DNA of 64,000 nt, from IMG/VR virus record IMGVR_UViG_3300014204_007706, positions 7,584 to 71,583 of that record, one strand, 5' to 3'. The translations under genes were made by a program, and so were the position numbers. The notes under the pieces are model-generated. The model saw nothing but the letters and a program-made list of their open reading frames with translations, did no database searches and had not been told where the DNA came from. This DNA comes from a virus. Lineage: Duplodnaviria; Caudoviricetes. Shown piece by piece: positions 1-10,313 of this stretch (the first letter of the stretch is position 1; each line of letters begins with the position of its first letter).

Positions 1-79
1 TGTGTACTGGGCATATCTTCAAAACATTTCTTTTTTATAGAATCATACAAAGGATGGAAGAGAACTTCTTCAAAACGAC

Positions 80-508
80 TCATAAATCATCACCTCCATC
101 ACTGCCGCCCAAAAAGTTAATTTTCATTTCAAAGTACTCAAGGTTGTCATCTTTTAAATCTAAGTCCCGAGCTACTTCATCTCGTGCTTTTTTAGCGTCG
201 CGGCCTGCCGAAATCAGCGCGTTGAATAACTGCTCATCTAAAGGCTGATAGAGTTCAATGAACCCTTTCTTCATCGGTGCATTAGACTTCGCGTCAACCG
301 TATTTACATTGATAACAAAGTCATGCTTTCCCTGCTCAGAAATACTTCCAGTAGCGGCATGTGCATAGCCGCACTGCAAGCACTTATCAATAGACTTGTA
401 ACCGTCTGTGAGATGTGCCAAAGGAGCGCCACATATTGAGCACGTACGACTTTCTCCTTCAGTTTGCTGAAACTTTAGTAATCTAAGAACTCCCGTAGGA
501 ATAGGCAT
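80..508 (-). CDS. Hypothetical protein with N-terminal double CxxC (Zn-ribbon)
   Basis: 142-aa ORF; CSICG and CLQCG motifs; abuts the upstream co-directional gene. Confidence 0.6.
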   Translation of the reverse strand: MPIPTGVLRLLKFQQTEGESRTCSICGAPLAHLTDGYKSIDKCLQCGYAHAATGSISEQGKHDFVINVNTVDAKSNAPMKKGFIELYQPLDEQLFNALISAGRDAKKARDEVARDLDLKDDNLEYFEMKINFLGGSDGGDDL

Positions 509-1438
509 TTATTTCTTGTCTCCTCTTGCTTCAATAGGAACTTCCCGCTGAAGTTTCTCGTCGCGCTCATAGCGTTCCTCAAACCCGCAGACAGAACACA
601 CGGTTTTAGTCAGTTGAGCCTTATCATCGTACTTGTACATGTTTAGAGCTTGGCATTTCTTACATGTATGTGACATAACAGGGTTCAGTGGGTCCATAGC
701 GCCTGCAGTTTTAACGCTAGCGGTTATTGCGGTGTCCCCTGCCGGAGAAGATGGAGTCACCGTACGCCTTTTGCTAGTAATTTTTTCTTCTCCAGTGTCT
801 ATCGTCATACTATCAGGAGCCGGAAGAAGCTTTCCTTCACCGAATAATTCCTTGATGTCCTGGATGGACCCGTCTATCTTAGGATTTGTCCACTTCAACA
901 CAATAGACTGTATATTCCCAAGTACAGAGTCATCAGCAATGTTAAGAGTTTCCGGAGTATCCTCACCAAGAGCATCAAGATTATCTATGTCGTCCATAAT
1001 TTTCTTACCGTTATCCTTACGACCATCTTCCTGGAATATGTTCTGTTTGTCATAATCTACTTCTTTTCCCGGACCAACGCGCATTTCATTGCGAGGTCCT
1101 TTTGCAGCGTCTGGAAGTGAGTTATTGTCAATGCCAACTGCGTACTTTACCATGTCGCGTCCCATAGGTTCTGCGAAAGCATTTCCTAGTTTACCTCTAT
1201 AAGACACAACTCCGCCTGTTTTCGCAACATACTTTGGCGGTTGCGTGAGCCCTCCAAGGGCCGCCTGAAGAAAACGCTCATTATATATGCCTGCCGGTAT
1301 CAAATTTGCGGCTGTTACAATGGCATCTTTTTGTAAAACTTCCTTTATGTCGCCTGAAGAAGTTATAAACGTAACTTTCTCCGGCGTTTCTTTAACAACA
1401 GATACAAGTATGTCCTTCCATGCAAAAACGTTCAACAT
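509..1438 (-). CDS. Hypothetical protein with C-terminal Zn-ribbon
   Basis: 309-aa ORF; CKKCQ...CSVCG near C-terminus; start overlaps stop of the 1438 gene. Confidence 0.65.
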   Translation of the reverse strand: MLNVFAWKDILVSVVKETPEKVTFITSSGDIKEVLQKDAIVTAANLIPAGIYNERFLQAALGGLTQPPKYVAKTGGVVSYRGKLGNAFAEPMGRDMVKYAVGIDNNSLPDAAKGPRNEMRVGPGKEVDYDKQNIFQEDGRKDNGKKIMDDIDNLDALGEDTPETLNIADDSVLGNIQSIVLKWTNPKIDGSIQDIKELFGEGKLLPAPDSMTIDTGEEKITSKRRTVTPSSPAGDTAITASVKTAGAMDPLNPVMSHTCKKCQALNMYKYDDKAQLTKTVCSVCGFEERYERDEKLQREVPIEARGDKK

Positions 1439-2619
1439 TATTTTGCCTCCTTAGGAGTAATATCCGGTTTTTTTCCACCGCGGGCCATAATCTTATCTAC
1501 AATAGCGTCATTTTTATCATAAGTATCGTCTGCTTCAAATTCTATGGCATCCTGTGATAATTTTACGTCAAGTTTATCCGCGACAGCAAACTTTGGCTGG
1601 GCTGTTTTATTCAGCTTAACTCTAACCATGGAATCTAAAGCATTGCGACCAACGTGCTCGCCATATCGCTGTATAATACGCTCCAGAATAGCGCTTGCCT
1701 TAGCTTCTGTAGGCGCCGAGATCATCTGGGTCATAAGATTCTGGTAACCGTCAGAGTCGCGTGGCATAGCGCCTTCTGCTTCTGCAAATACTCCCAAAAT
1801 CGTATCTTTATTAAACTCGCCTATGACTTTATTACCTTCATCGCGCAGTTCTGCCGGCAGTACAAGTAAATCATTGTAAATGACCGCGTCAGTATACGCC
1901 TTCACTGTGTTGTCCACAGAAGCAAGCTCAAACTTCACAGTGTAACCGTTCTGTAACTTAGCTGCTTCAACAACCCTAACCATCGGTATAATTTTATTAT
2001 TAAACACGTCTTTTTGGAGAAAACCATTAAGCGTATGAACGGCCTGTTCCTCCACGTCTGCGGGAAGTGAGCCTTCCTGCTGAGTTGCGTCCAATGCAGG
2101 CGCCGCATTACTATCCATAATTGGTGGTGTCGCAGGCCCTGCGGTCTCTGTGCCTGGAACAGTCTCTGGGGGAACACCGGTAATATCACCAAGTTGTGCG
2201 TCAAGCCCACCTGCAGCTGCACCAGCCGGGTCCATAGGGTCAGCTCCATAAACCATAAGCACTGCCTTACGTATAATAGGTTTGCTTGTACCCTCACGAA
2301 ACTGAAAGTTCTTTAAGTGGTCTAAAAAACTCGCCAAACGGGACGGCGCTGTATTAAAAAAGTACTCAACTTCACCGGTAGGTTTGTCTATCTGGGATTT
2401 TATACCCGCGACATCTATAACAGGGTCAACTTCATCCTTAAACAGCTCCGCACTCTGTACGATAGCGCGTTTAAGATTTTGTTTTGAGGTTTCTTTTAAA
2501 ACTTCCGGAAATTCACTAACAAAAGCTGCGAACTTTCGGTCATCAAACTTTGCTACTCGGGCGTAACTAACATACGCCCTAACAATAATCTTTTCTTTGT
2601 CCATTTTACTTTCCTCCAC
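1438..2619 (-). CDS. Hypothetical protein with Pro/Ala/Thr-rich central linker
   Basis: 393-aa ORF, tightly packed in operon. Confidence 0.65.
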   Translation of the reverse strand: MEESKMDKEKIIVRAYVSYARVAKFDDRKFAAFVSEFPEVLKETSKQNLKRAIVQSAELFKDEVDPVIDVAGIKSQIDKPTGEVEYFFNTAPSRLASFLDHLKNFQFREGTSKPIIRKAVLMVYGADPMDPAGAAAGGLDAQLGDITGVPPETVPGTETAGPATPPIMDSNAAPALDATQQEGSLPADVEEQAVHTLNGFLQKDVFNNKIIPMVRVVEAAKLQNGYTVKFELASVDNTVKAYTDAVIYNDLLVLPAELRDEGNKVIGEFNKDTILGVFAEAEGAMPRDSDGYQNLMTQMISAPTEAKASAILERIIQRYGEHVGRNALDSMVRVKLNKTAQPKFAVADKLDVKLSQDAIEFEADDTYDKNDAIVDKIMARGGKKPDITPKEAK

Positions 2620-5600
2620 TGGAGATAGTATTTAAATTTTGTTTAGCCTTATCAGCTTCATCTATAAGTTTACTCAACGAACTTAGTTTTGTAAAGATTT
2701 CTTGGAAAGACGGAGCCAGGCTCTGATATAGCGCGGCCAGTTTATTACTGACCATGTCGCCCACAGCAGTTCCCGCAGCGTATTTAATCTGCGTATTTAT
2801 CGCAGATGTTTTAGGCGGCTCTTCCTTCATAGGTGCGGGAGTTGAACTATACTGTGGATTCTTCTCCACAAAATCTTTTGGCAGATATCCTTTTGTTTGG
2901 CGTATGTGCTGTTCAATCTCATACATTTTGTTCCCAAATTTATTATCATATATGTAGTACTTTATAATTTCAGCCACAGCAGCGCCAAGCGGATTATTAA
3001 TATCTATATCTTTTTGTAAACGCGCTTCAAAAGCAGCGTCTAAATCCTTAGGTGCCATTGTAGTCATTCCGTCCAAATAGAACTTATAGTAATCAAATAA
3101 AAAACCTGAAAGCGTACACGTAAACTCACTCAAATCTTCCCTTAGTGCGTTAGCGTCAAATTCAACTCCATATATTTCGCGGTCGGACCTTGACGCAGGA
3201 TAAATAGCCTTGAAAGACTCTGCGTTCAAATTCTCTGTCAGATAGGGTATAAACTCCGCGGAAACCATGTCAACCAACATACGTAATGACTCCTCATGCT
3301 GCCCCTGTCCAAGAAGATCTCTTAGTAAAGGACCTTTAGCTCCAGTAGCGCCACGGTCATTAAGAATACTATCCATTTGTTCCCAAGTTTTAGAATACTG
3401 TGTGTAATCTGCTGTCCCATTGCCTCCAGAAGGTAGATGTTCATTTATGAGGTCCCATGAAACTGTATAAGGTAAGTCCAACTGCTGTAGTGTAGCCGGG
3501 TTCTTTAACGCGTGTTTAAACTTCATGTAGGCGTCAGCCTTGATATCCTCTATGGACCGATCTATCGGAGGCATACCTTGCTTCTGTAAATTTTCATTAG
3601 CTGCCACGTATGTTTCGCGTGCAATCGTAAAGTTATCTTTTTGACTCAAGTAGCGCATTAAGTGTACTACAATAGAAGTCTCAAGACGCTTAACTTCTTC
3701 CGGCTCGCGGTTTTTTCCAAAAACTTCCTGTGCATAATTTGAGGCAACCTGGCGCACAATAGGTTCCACTTCTGCAGCGGAAGCAGCACTAAGGTGCATT
3801 GTGGTAAATACTGTTGTAATATCAGATGTATCTAAGTATGAGGCTTTACCAGTTGTACTGTAAAACTGACTTCTCACAAGTTTGTCAAGAATTATTGACA
3901 GCATCTTATTTCTATCGTTTACCGCTTGTGAACGCGCTGCAGGGTCACCCGGGAGCGTCATCTTTCCAACCATCATATCCATCATCTGTGTGTATTTATC
4001 CCACGCACCCGTTCCGGTATCAAACTCTGTATCTTTAAGTTCATTATGCAAGTATTGCATGAATCCGGGAGAAAACACATTAACAGCCGAAGACATGCGC
4101 TTTTTATTCCTTCTTTTAGCATAAGGTGTCATGGGAAATACTGCAGATAACCTGGCAAACTCGGCCGTCCCGGTAGTCCCTATTGGGAGCTCCTTCATTA
4201 TGGACTCCTGCCCATGTGTTAACTCTGCTTTAACCTTAAAAATCGTGTTGTAAACTTCAGTCGCCACTTTTATAGCTTCCTGATTAAAATGTATTTGGTT
4301 GCTAATAGCTTCTACAATGTCAAGATTTACTTTTCCTTCCATACCGCGTTCGGGCATGACCGGCTCCATAACATCTTGGGCCGTACCCTTATCACCAATT
4401 TCCTGGTGTTTTTGTGTAAGAGCTTCGGGCATACCAAGGTCTTTCGTAACATTAACGATATCAACCTTGCGCTGCGCCATTGCTTCAGCTGTTTGCATAT
4501 CTTGTGTAATGCGCTGAATGCGCTGTGTAAGATCCTTTGTAATTCTGTCATACTCGGCTTGCTTGTCAGGCGGTGTGTTAGGGTCACCAATGCGCTGTTG
4601 TATATTTTGCAGCATAGCTTCCAACTTTACCTTATCTTGGGCTAACTGCTGAGGGTCCATATCAAGTAAACGCGGATTCTGTTTAAGTATTGCTACATCT
4701 TTAAGCTGGTTATCTACGCGTTGTAGCAAATGTGTAAGCCTTTCTTTCTGTGCTGCTAGAGGTGCCTTAAACTGCTCGTCCATCTGCTTTGATAATTCAG
4801 CATCTGTCGCTGATAACTGCTCAGTATATTTTATCTTTAAGTTTTGAAGTACTGCTTCAGCGTCCTGCCAATGGGAAATCTGTCCCTCTGGAGTCTGTGT
4901 AAAGGTCGTTACTTCAGAGGTCATCTTATTTAAAAATTGCTGGACCTCTGGTGTTAAAACTGTGGGAGCCGTGCCGCGAACGTGAGACTGCTGTCCTAAG
5001 CCAAAAAGTTTTGCAGATTGGTTGGACGCGAAATTACTTAAGATGGCCCTCAAAGATCCACCCTGCTGCCCATATATTCTAAAAAGGTCAGCGATCTGTG
5101 GATTCGTTAGTGTTGTTATCGCAGAACTTACCAGTTGAACCATACGATTCTTACGGGCTTCAAGCTCTACCAAGGCGCGCGCCTTAGCTTGCGCGGACTT
5201 CATAACACCTTCGTCCCCCATCTGGGCGGTTCTTACCATAGCAGTTTTTGGAGCTTTAAGTGCACCGTTAAAAAGCATAGCAGCCCCAGAACCAAAAGAT
5301 AGCATTTTTGAAAGATATCCTACTACATTCAAGAATGGGGTTTCATCAACGCTAGCAATCCCAAGTCTTTTTAAAGTTTCTGTTATAAAGGCGGGGCGCG
5401 TGCGTAACCGCGACGGAGTATTTCCAAGACTAACCACGCCTTTTTCAAGAATCTTTGGATTTTGTACCATTATGCGACCGTACACCTCATCAACAAGGTC
5501 GCCGATAAAACGCTGTACTTTTTGTGAGTCTTCCAGCGTCTGAGAAAGTCTGTTTTTATTTTCAACTTGCTGGGAATACATATTGTCGGTCATCTGGCCT

Positions 5601-8600
5601 TCAGCACGGTAGCCTTCAAGTTCCTTTAAGTAACCATCATAGGCCTGAAGTACACGTTCCGGCGTTGCAAGTTTCTGTATCACTGTGTTAACCTTCGCCA
5701 TTAGCCTTGTTAAAGACTTGCTACGACGAATTATATTCGACCCAAAAGTTTTTACAACTTCTTCTAATTCTGTTACGTTCATTTGTATTTCTTTAAATAA
5801 AGGATCTGACATTATTACATTCGTTATAAGGTAATCCGGAAATCCGGACAGCGACTTAGTTTCACGAACTATACGCAAAGGGTTGTAATTCGTCCCTTCG
5901 CCAAAATCTGACGTTGGAGTACCAAGGTTTACAGCTGTCCCATTAAATTGGGCAAATATGTCTGCCTTGAAACCATTGTTGTGCAGTATCATATAGTCCA
6001 AAAGCTCTGCACCCGGTGGACTTGTCCTTTCACGTGCAGATTCTCCGGCGCCATACTTTAAAATGGACTGAAATAATACTTTTGTGGCCAGCTTTTTAAA
6101 AGAATCATCAGGTGTTCCTGCGGTAAGTTTTAGATTTAAAAACGTATGTGCTATTTGGTCGGGAGTTATGTTAAAGCGTCTGGCTAAAAGCCCACGGCCG
6201 CTTTCGTCCTTAGTTGACTCCTCAAACTCAGCAGCGGCCTTCTTTGACTCTCCGTTGAAAGCCTGTTCAGAAAGCGCCGGGTTCGTAGCTAAATCCGTTA
6301 GTTTATCCACTAAAGGTTTAAATTCTGCGTCATCATACATAAAAGGAAGCACACGTACTTTTACAAAATCCGGATTACGTAGCATCTTGGACAAAACCTG
6401 CTGCCCTGTTGTAACCGCCTGCTTTAACTCACCACTTTGAATTTTTGATGCATCATCCACGACAGCTTTAAGCTTACTATTTACGTATTTTTCTGCTGAA
6501 GAAAGGATATCAAAAATATTACGTACGTCGCCACCAGCAGTCTTTGCAGCATTAAGCTGTGCAACTACTGACTCTGCATAAACGGGGTCAACTTCATATA
6601 GATGCGCCACGGCAGATTTCTTTACGTAGCTTGAAAGTTTATCAAATTCTTCTTTAGAGTATAAAATCTCGGGTCTTTTCATCTTTTCTCTGGCAGACGC
6701 TACAGCCCTGTTAAATAAATCAATTTTACTGCCACCAAAAGCTGGATTCATAAACTTATCTTTAGCGAGTGACAATCCCTGTGCTGTCATCATTGAGCCA
6801 AAAGCCGCAAGTTTATATAGATATGCTATAGTGGCCTTATAGTTTTGCTGAAGCTCTTGGGCCTTTTTATACTCGGCCTCGGTTTTAACCTGAGACATAT
6901 CTGGGCGCGTAAGCAATTGCTGTTCAAAAAGTTCTAATGCGCCTTCTTCTGTAATTTTCCCACCCAGTCCTTGAGCAGTCATTTGCTGTGTAAGCGCCAA
7001 CAGCTTTTCCGGAAGCATTTGAACATACTGATTATACGTATCGGTTATGAGTGTTTCCACCACTGATGCGTCTAGAGCCATGTAATTTGATTGGTTACTT
7101 GTTATGGAGCCTTCCGGACGCGGAGGCACACCGGCAGACTTAGACACAAGATCGGCACTAAGTGCCTTGCCCGCTTTTGCTTCCCATAGGTCTGAAAGGG
7201 AGGCCATTTGGGCCAGAATTGTACGAATCTTATCTGCGTCTACTATGCCACTAGCCTGTATAAACTCCGCAAGAATATTGTCGATCTTTGGGTTCTTATC
7301 TGCTATCTTCATAAACATGGAAACTAAGCTATGAAGTTCCGGAGGCACATTTGATTCATCCAGTACTACTTTGAGTTGTGTGTCGCTGACTTTATAGAAC
7401 AAACTTTTAAACGCATTAGACTTTATTTGTTCGACGCCCGTAGCGCCAAAAAATATATTACGCTGGTCCTGGTAAGCCACGTTAAAAGCTGTCCGCAAAG
7501 CCTGAATAACATCGGACATAAAATCCGGAGGTACCTGCATGCCTTTTAGACTATCAGAAAATATGCTTATCGGAGCGTTTTCCGGGTCCTGTATAAAAAC
7601 ATTTATTGCTTTAGATATCATATTTCCAAGTGTGCTCACATTTAAGTGTGCGCCAAGCCGGTTAGCTATATTCTCAATAGATTGCTTTAAAGCTACCTGT
7701 TCCTTCTTGTTGCTTTGGAGTACAATGCTGTAAGACTTTGATTCTATAATTCCAAGTATCTTGTCGCCTTTCGCAAGTAATTCCTGTATCTCACGTTGTT
7801 TCTCTTCCCGCTGGGCGCCTCCCGGAGATTTCTTACGTTCCTTAGTTGGTGCCTCAACGCCTCCGGCGGGGGCCATAAGCCCATATAGCACGCCAAGGAC
7901 AGCCTCCGGTTGGCCCAGCGTTCCAAACTCAGTAAAAAAACGCCCCATGTTGCTGAGAAACGAAGTTTTTTGAATTGATGGATCTGCAAAGGCACCTAAA
8001 AGTGCATTTTTAATTATTCCTGGGTCCGAAATGTCCAAAATTATATCTTCAACAGTACGGGCACCACTAAGAGACTTTATGTGTCCCACGATGTTGTTAG
8101 TAAAATTACCTATTTGTGATTGCTTCGCGGCAACAGCCTGCTGACGTGCCGGGCCATCTGGTATCTCCTGTACTGCCTTGTCATACAAATCACTAGCCTT
8201 ATTTGGAACAACTAAATTTAACTGGTTGACTATCTTTGTTAAAACGTCAGGAGTCGGTGCGGATTTCAAAACACTGTCGTATGGACCTGCTTCCTTAGCT
8301 GCCTTACGCCTGAGAAAATCTGTAGAAACAAATGCGGCTTTGGCAGTTGCGTAATCTTCCAAAAGTGCCTCAAGAAATAAGTTCTTGGGTAGTACTTGGT
8401 ATTTTTCAGCTTGTGTATTAAGGTATGCCGCGAGGCGGGACGTATCTACATGGTCTTCAACTGGTATGGAGTATATAAGTTTGCTTGCAGCAGTCACATC
8501 TATAGAGCGCTCACCCTGCTGAACAGAATAACGATTATCTAAAACTGCGCCAGAGTCAAGAGCTACAATATAGTCTGACCCCTCAATGTGCTCAATTGAC

Positions 8601-8782
8601 CAAACACGACTCAGATCATCAGGACGCGTGTATGTATTATAACCAAGACGAATAAGCTGCGACCGACTTTCATCAGTCAGCGGTTCAATGCCTGATGCTT
8701 TTATCACCACCTGAGATAACGTACAACGAGGCACCGTCAGCTGACTTAAAATAGATTGTGCTTTCCTACGATTAGGATTCAT
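2606..8782 (-). CDS. Giant, largely helical hypothetical protein (possible virion/internal head protein)
   Basis: Uninterrupted 2058-aa ORF, Q/A/K/L-rich with a coiled-coil-like stretch; no catalytic motif recognised; function is inference. Confidence 0.75.
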   Translation of the reverse strand: MNPNRRKAQSILSQLTVPRCTLSQVVIKASGIEPLTDESRSQLIRLGYNTYTRPDDLSRVWSIEHIEGSDYIVALDSGAVLDNRYSVQQGERSIDVTAASKLIYSIPVEDHVDTSRLAAYLNTQAEKYQVLPKNLFLEALLEDYATAKAAFVSTDFLRRKAAKEAGPYDSVLKSAPTPDVLTKIVNQLNLVVPNKASDLYDKAVQEIPDGPARQQAVAAKQSQIGNFTNNIVGHIKSLSGARTVEDIILDISDPGIIKNALLGAFADPSIQKTSFLSNMGRFFTEFGTLGQPEAVLGVLYGLMAPAGGVEAPTKERKKSPGGAQREEKQREIQELLAKGDKILGIIESKSYSIVLQSNKKEQVALKQSIENIANRLGAHLNVSTLGNMISKAINVFIQDPENAPISIFSDSLKGMQVPPDFMSDVIQALRTAFNVAYQDQRNIFFGATGVEQIKSNAFKSLFYKVSDTQLKVVLDESNVPPELHSLVSMFMKIADKNPKIDNILAEFIQASGIVDADKIRTILAQMASLSDLWEAKAGKALSADLVSKSAGVPPRPEGSITSNQSNYMALDASVVETLITDTYNQYVQMLPEKLLALTQQMTAQGLGGKITEEGALELFEQQLLTRPDMSQVKTEAEYKKAQELQQNYKATIAYLYKLAAFGSMMTAQGLSLAKDKFMNPAFGGSKIDLFNRAVASAREKMKRPEILYSKEEFDKLSSYVKKSAVAHLYEVDPVYAESVVAQLNAAKTAGGDVRNIFDILSSAEKYVNSKLKAVVDDASKIQSGELKQAVTTGQQVLSKMLRNPDFVKVRVLPFMYDDAEFKPLVDKLTDLATNPALSEQAFNGESKKAAAEFEESTKDESGRGLLARRFNITPDQIAHTFLNLKLTAGTPDDSFKKLATKVLFQSILKYGAGESARERTSPPGAELLDYMILHNNGFKADIFAQFNGTAVNLGTPTSDFGEGTNYNPLRIVRETKSLSGFPDYLITNVIMSDPLFKEIQMNVTELEEVVKTFGSNIIRRSKSLTRLMAKVNTVIQKLATPERVLQAYDGYLKELEGYRAEGQMTDNMYSQQVENKNRLSQTLEDSQKVQRFIGDLVDEVYGRIMVQNPKILEKGVVSLGNTPSRLRTRPAFITETLKRLGIASVDETPFLNVVGYLSKMLSFGSGAAMLFNGALKAPKTAMVRTAQMGDEGVMKSAQAKARALVELEARKNRMVQLVSSAITTLTNPQIADLFRIYGQQGGSLRAILSNFASNQSAKLFGLGQQSHVRGTAPTVLTPEVQQFLNKMTSEVTTFTQTPEGQISHWQDAEAVLQNLKIKYTEQLSATDAELSKQMDEQFKAPLAAQKERLTHLLQRVDNQLKDVAILKQNPRLLDMDPQQLAQDKVKLEAMLQNIQQRIGDPNTPPDKQAEYDRITKDLTQRIQRITQDMQTAEAMAQRKVDIVNVTKDLGMPEALTQKHQEIGDKGTAQDVMEPVMPERGMEGKVNLDIVEAISNQIHFNQEAIKVATEVYNTIFKVKAELTHGQESIMKELPIGTTGTAEFARLSAVFPMTPYAKRRNKKRMSSAVNVFSPGFMQYLHNELKDTEFDTGTGAWDKYTQMMDMMVGKMTLPGDPAARSQAVNDRNKMLSIILDKLVRSQFYSTTGKASYLDTSDITTVFTTMHLSAASAAEVEPIVRQVASNYAQEVFGKNREPEEVKRLETSIVVHLMRYLSQKDNFTIARETYVAANENLQKQGMPPIDRSIEDIKADAYMKFKHALKNPATLQQLDLPYTVSWDLINEHLPSGGNGTADYTQYSKTWEQMDSILNDRGATGAKGPLLRDLLGQGQHEESLRMLVDMVSAEFIPYLTENLNAESFKAIYPASRSDREIYGVEFDANALREDLSEFTCTLSGFLFDYYKFYLDGMTTMAPKDLDAAFEARLQKDIDINNPLGAAVAEIIKYYIYDNKFGNKMYEIEQHIRQTKGYLPKDFVEKNPQYSSTPAPMKEEPPKTSAINTQIKYAAGTAVGDMVSNKLAALYQSLAPSFQEIFTKLSSLSKLIDEADKAKQNLNTISSGGK

Positions 8783-9207
8783 CCGTTCCTCACTTTTATT
8801 TTAGCCCAGAGTGATTTAACTTCTGGTAAAGCTTCTGGGTCTTTCATTATGGCTTCAAAACGCTGACGCGTTTCAGGACTTACGTTGCTCCTAATAGACT
8901 CGTACTCTTGTCCTAATTTGGTCAGCTCATCAAGAATACGGATACCGCCGTTTATTACAGATTCTGCTTTAGTAAAATCATCATAAGTTGCGTCTATGTA
9001 TTTTTTGACTTTGAACCCGCGGGCTTTAAAATGTTCCAGACGTTTTCTAAGGTCCGTTTCGGTTTTTAACTTTCCGGACATAACCTTAAGAGTACCCATC
9101 ACAGAGGCCAAGTCTTTTTTGTAGCGGCCGTCTGTTTGCCTCAAAACTTCCGTAAACAGATATTCAATGCTATCAAAATCTTTGCGCAATTTATCGGTAA
9201 TTAGCAC
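8779..9207 (-). CDS. Hypothetical helical protein
   Basis: 142-aa ORF, GGAGG upstream, 4-nt overlap with the giant gene. Confidence 0.65.
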   Translation of the reverse strand: MLITDKLRKDFDSIEYLFTEVLRQTDGRYKKDLASVMGTLKVMSGKLKTETDLRKRLEHFKARGFKVKKYIDATYDDFTKAESVINGGIRILDELTKLGQEYESIRSNVSPETRQRFEAIMKDPEALPEVKSLWAKIKVRNG

Positions 9208-9270
9208 TAAAACCTCCGGAGGTGTCCTAATAATGTATGGTAACGCCTATGTATAGATTTTTATACTTTT

Positions 9271-9684
9271 TTACTTCTGGAGGAACGCCGCGAGGGCGTT
9301 CAAGGCCGCAAGAGGTGGGTCTGCCTGTATATATTGCGTATAAAGCTGCATAAAATAAGGGTTTTTAAGCAATCCTGTACGTAGTTTCTTAAGTGCCGCT
9401 TGTTTGGTATGTACCACGTTGGCCTGGCCTAATTTTAGTGTCTTTCCAACGTATACGGTGGACTCCCCTTTAAAGAAACAACGCAAAATTATGTCCCTTT
9501 GTAAGGGGGTTAACCGGGTCATTTCCTTGCCAATAAGATCTACTAGTACATGAAGTAGATTGGTCTTGTACAGGTCTACTTCCAGCGCAAACGGGTGCAT
9601 TTCAGAATATAACTGCTGGTCTATTTCGGAAAGGTCGCCGAATTTAGATGTCGTTTCCTCGACGTTATCCTTTTGGTTTTCCAT
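9271..9684 (-). CDS. Sigma-70 region-4-like HTH protein
   Basis: LTPLQRDIILRCFFKGESTVYVGKTLKLGQANVVHTKQAALKKLR fits the sigma r4 pattern; no region 2 seen. Confidence 0.7.
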   Translation of the reverse strand: MENQKDNVEETTSKFGDLSEIDQQLYSEMHPFALEVDLYKTNLLHVLVDLIGKEMTRLTPLQRDIILRCFFKGESTVYVGKTLKLGQANVVHTKQAALKKLRTGLLKNPYFMQLYTQYIQADPPLAALNALAAFLQK

Positions 9685-10312
9685 TTTTTATCTCCGCGGT
9701 CATGTACTCACAAAAATCCTTGTGTGGGAATACAAACTGCCTGCTTATATTTACGTCCGGAAGAACTTTCTTTATTAGTTCTTCAGACATGTTCATGCCT
9801 TTAAGACCTGCCGCGTCATTATCCAAGGCTAAGATAAAGTTACGCGTGTAAGAACCCAGTAGTAGAATTTGCGTGACAGACATAACTCCACCCAAAACCC
9901 CTACTACATTTTTCTGTCCGCCCGTATGAGCCATTAAAACATCGAACGGACCTTCAACTATAATTGCAGCATCATTTTTTAAAATGCCATCAATTGAAAA
10001 TGGCATACCATAGAGCTGCTCCGAAGGGCGTGCGCTCCAATAAAAATATTTGTAATCTTTATTACCGGGACGAAATATCCACCCGGCAAATAGACCGTCG
10101 ATGGTGTAGATGGGAAAGGCAGGGGCGCCTGTTATATCCTTGGGTAAGGTCCCAGGCGCACCTGCCACATGCCCGAGCTGAAACTGCCGGAAAACTTCCT
10201 CTGAAACGCCCCGCTGTGCAAAATAACTATTGGCATATGTAGTGTCCATAGTTATATCCAATAAGCTTGGAGAAACGTCGGGTCTAAGGGTGCTTTCCAC
10301 AGTTCTGCTCAT
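9665..10312 (-). CDS. dnaG: DnaG-type primase catalytic (TOPRIM) domain, no Zn-binding domain
   Basis: IIVEGPFDVL and LALDNDAAG TOPRIM motifs; start moved to ATG 10312 (AAGGAATAAC upstream). Confidence 0.85.
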   Translation of the reverse strand: MSRTVESTLRPDVSPSLLDITMDTTYANSYFAQRGVSEEVFRQFQLGHVAGAPGTLPKDITGAPAFPIYTIDGLFAGWIFRPGNKDYKYFYWSARPSEQLYGMPFSIDGILKNDAAIIVEGPFDVLMAHTGGQKNVVGVLGGVMSVTQILLLGSYTRNFILALDNDAAGLKGMNMSEELIKKVLPDVNISRQFVFPHKDFCEYMTAEIKNGKPKG

Positions 10313-10313
10313 G

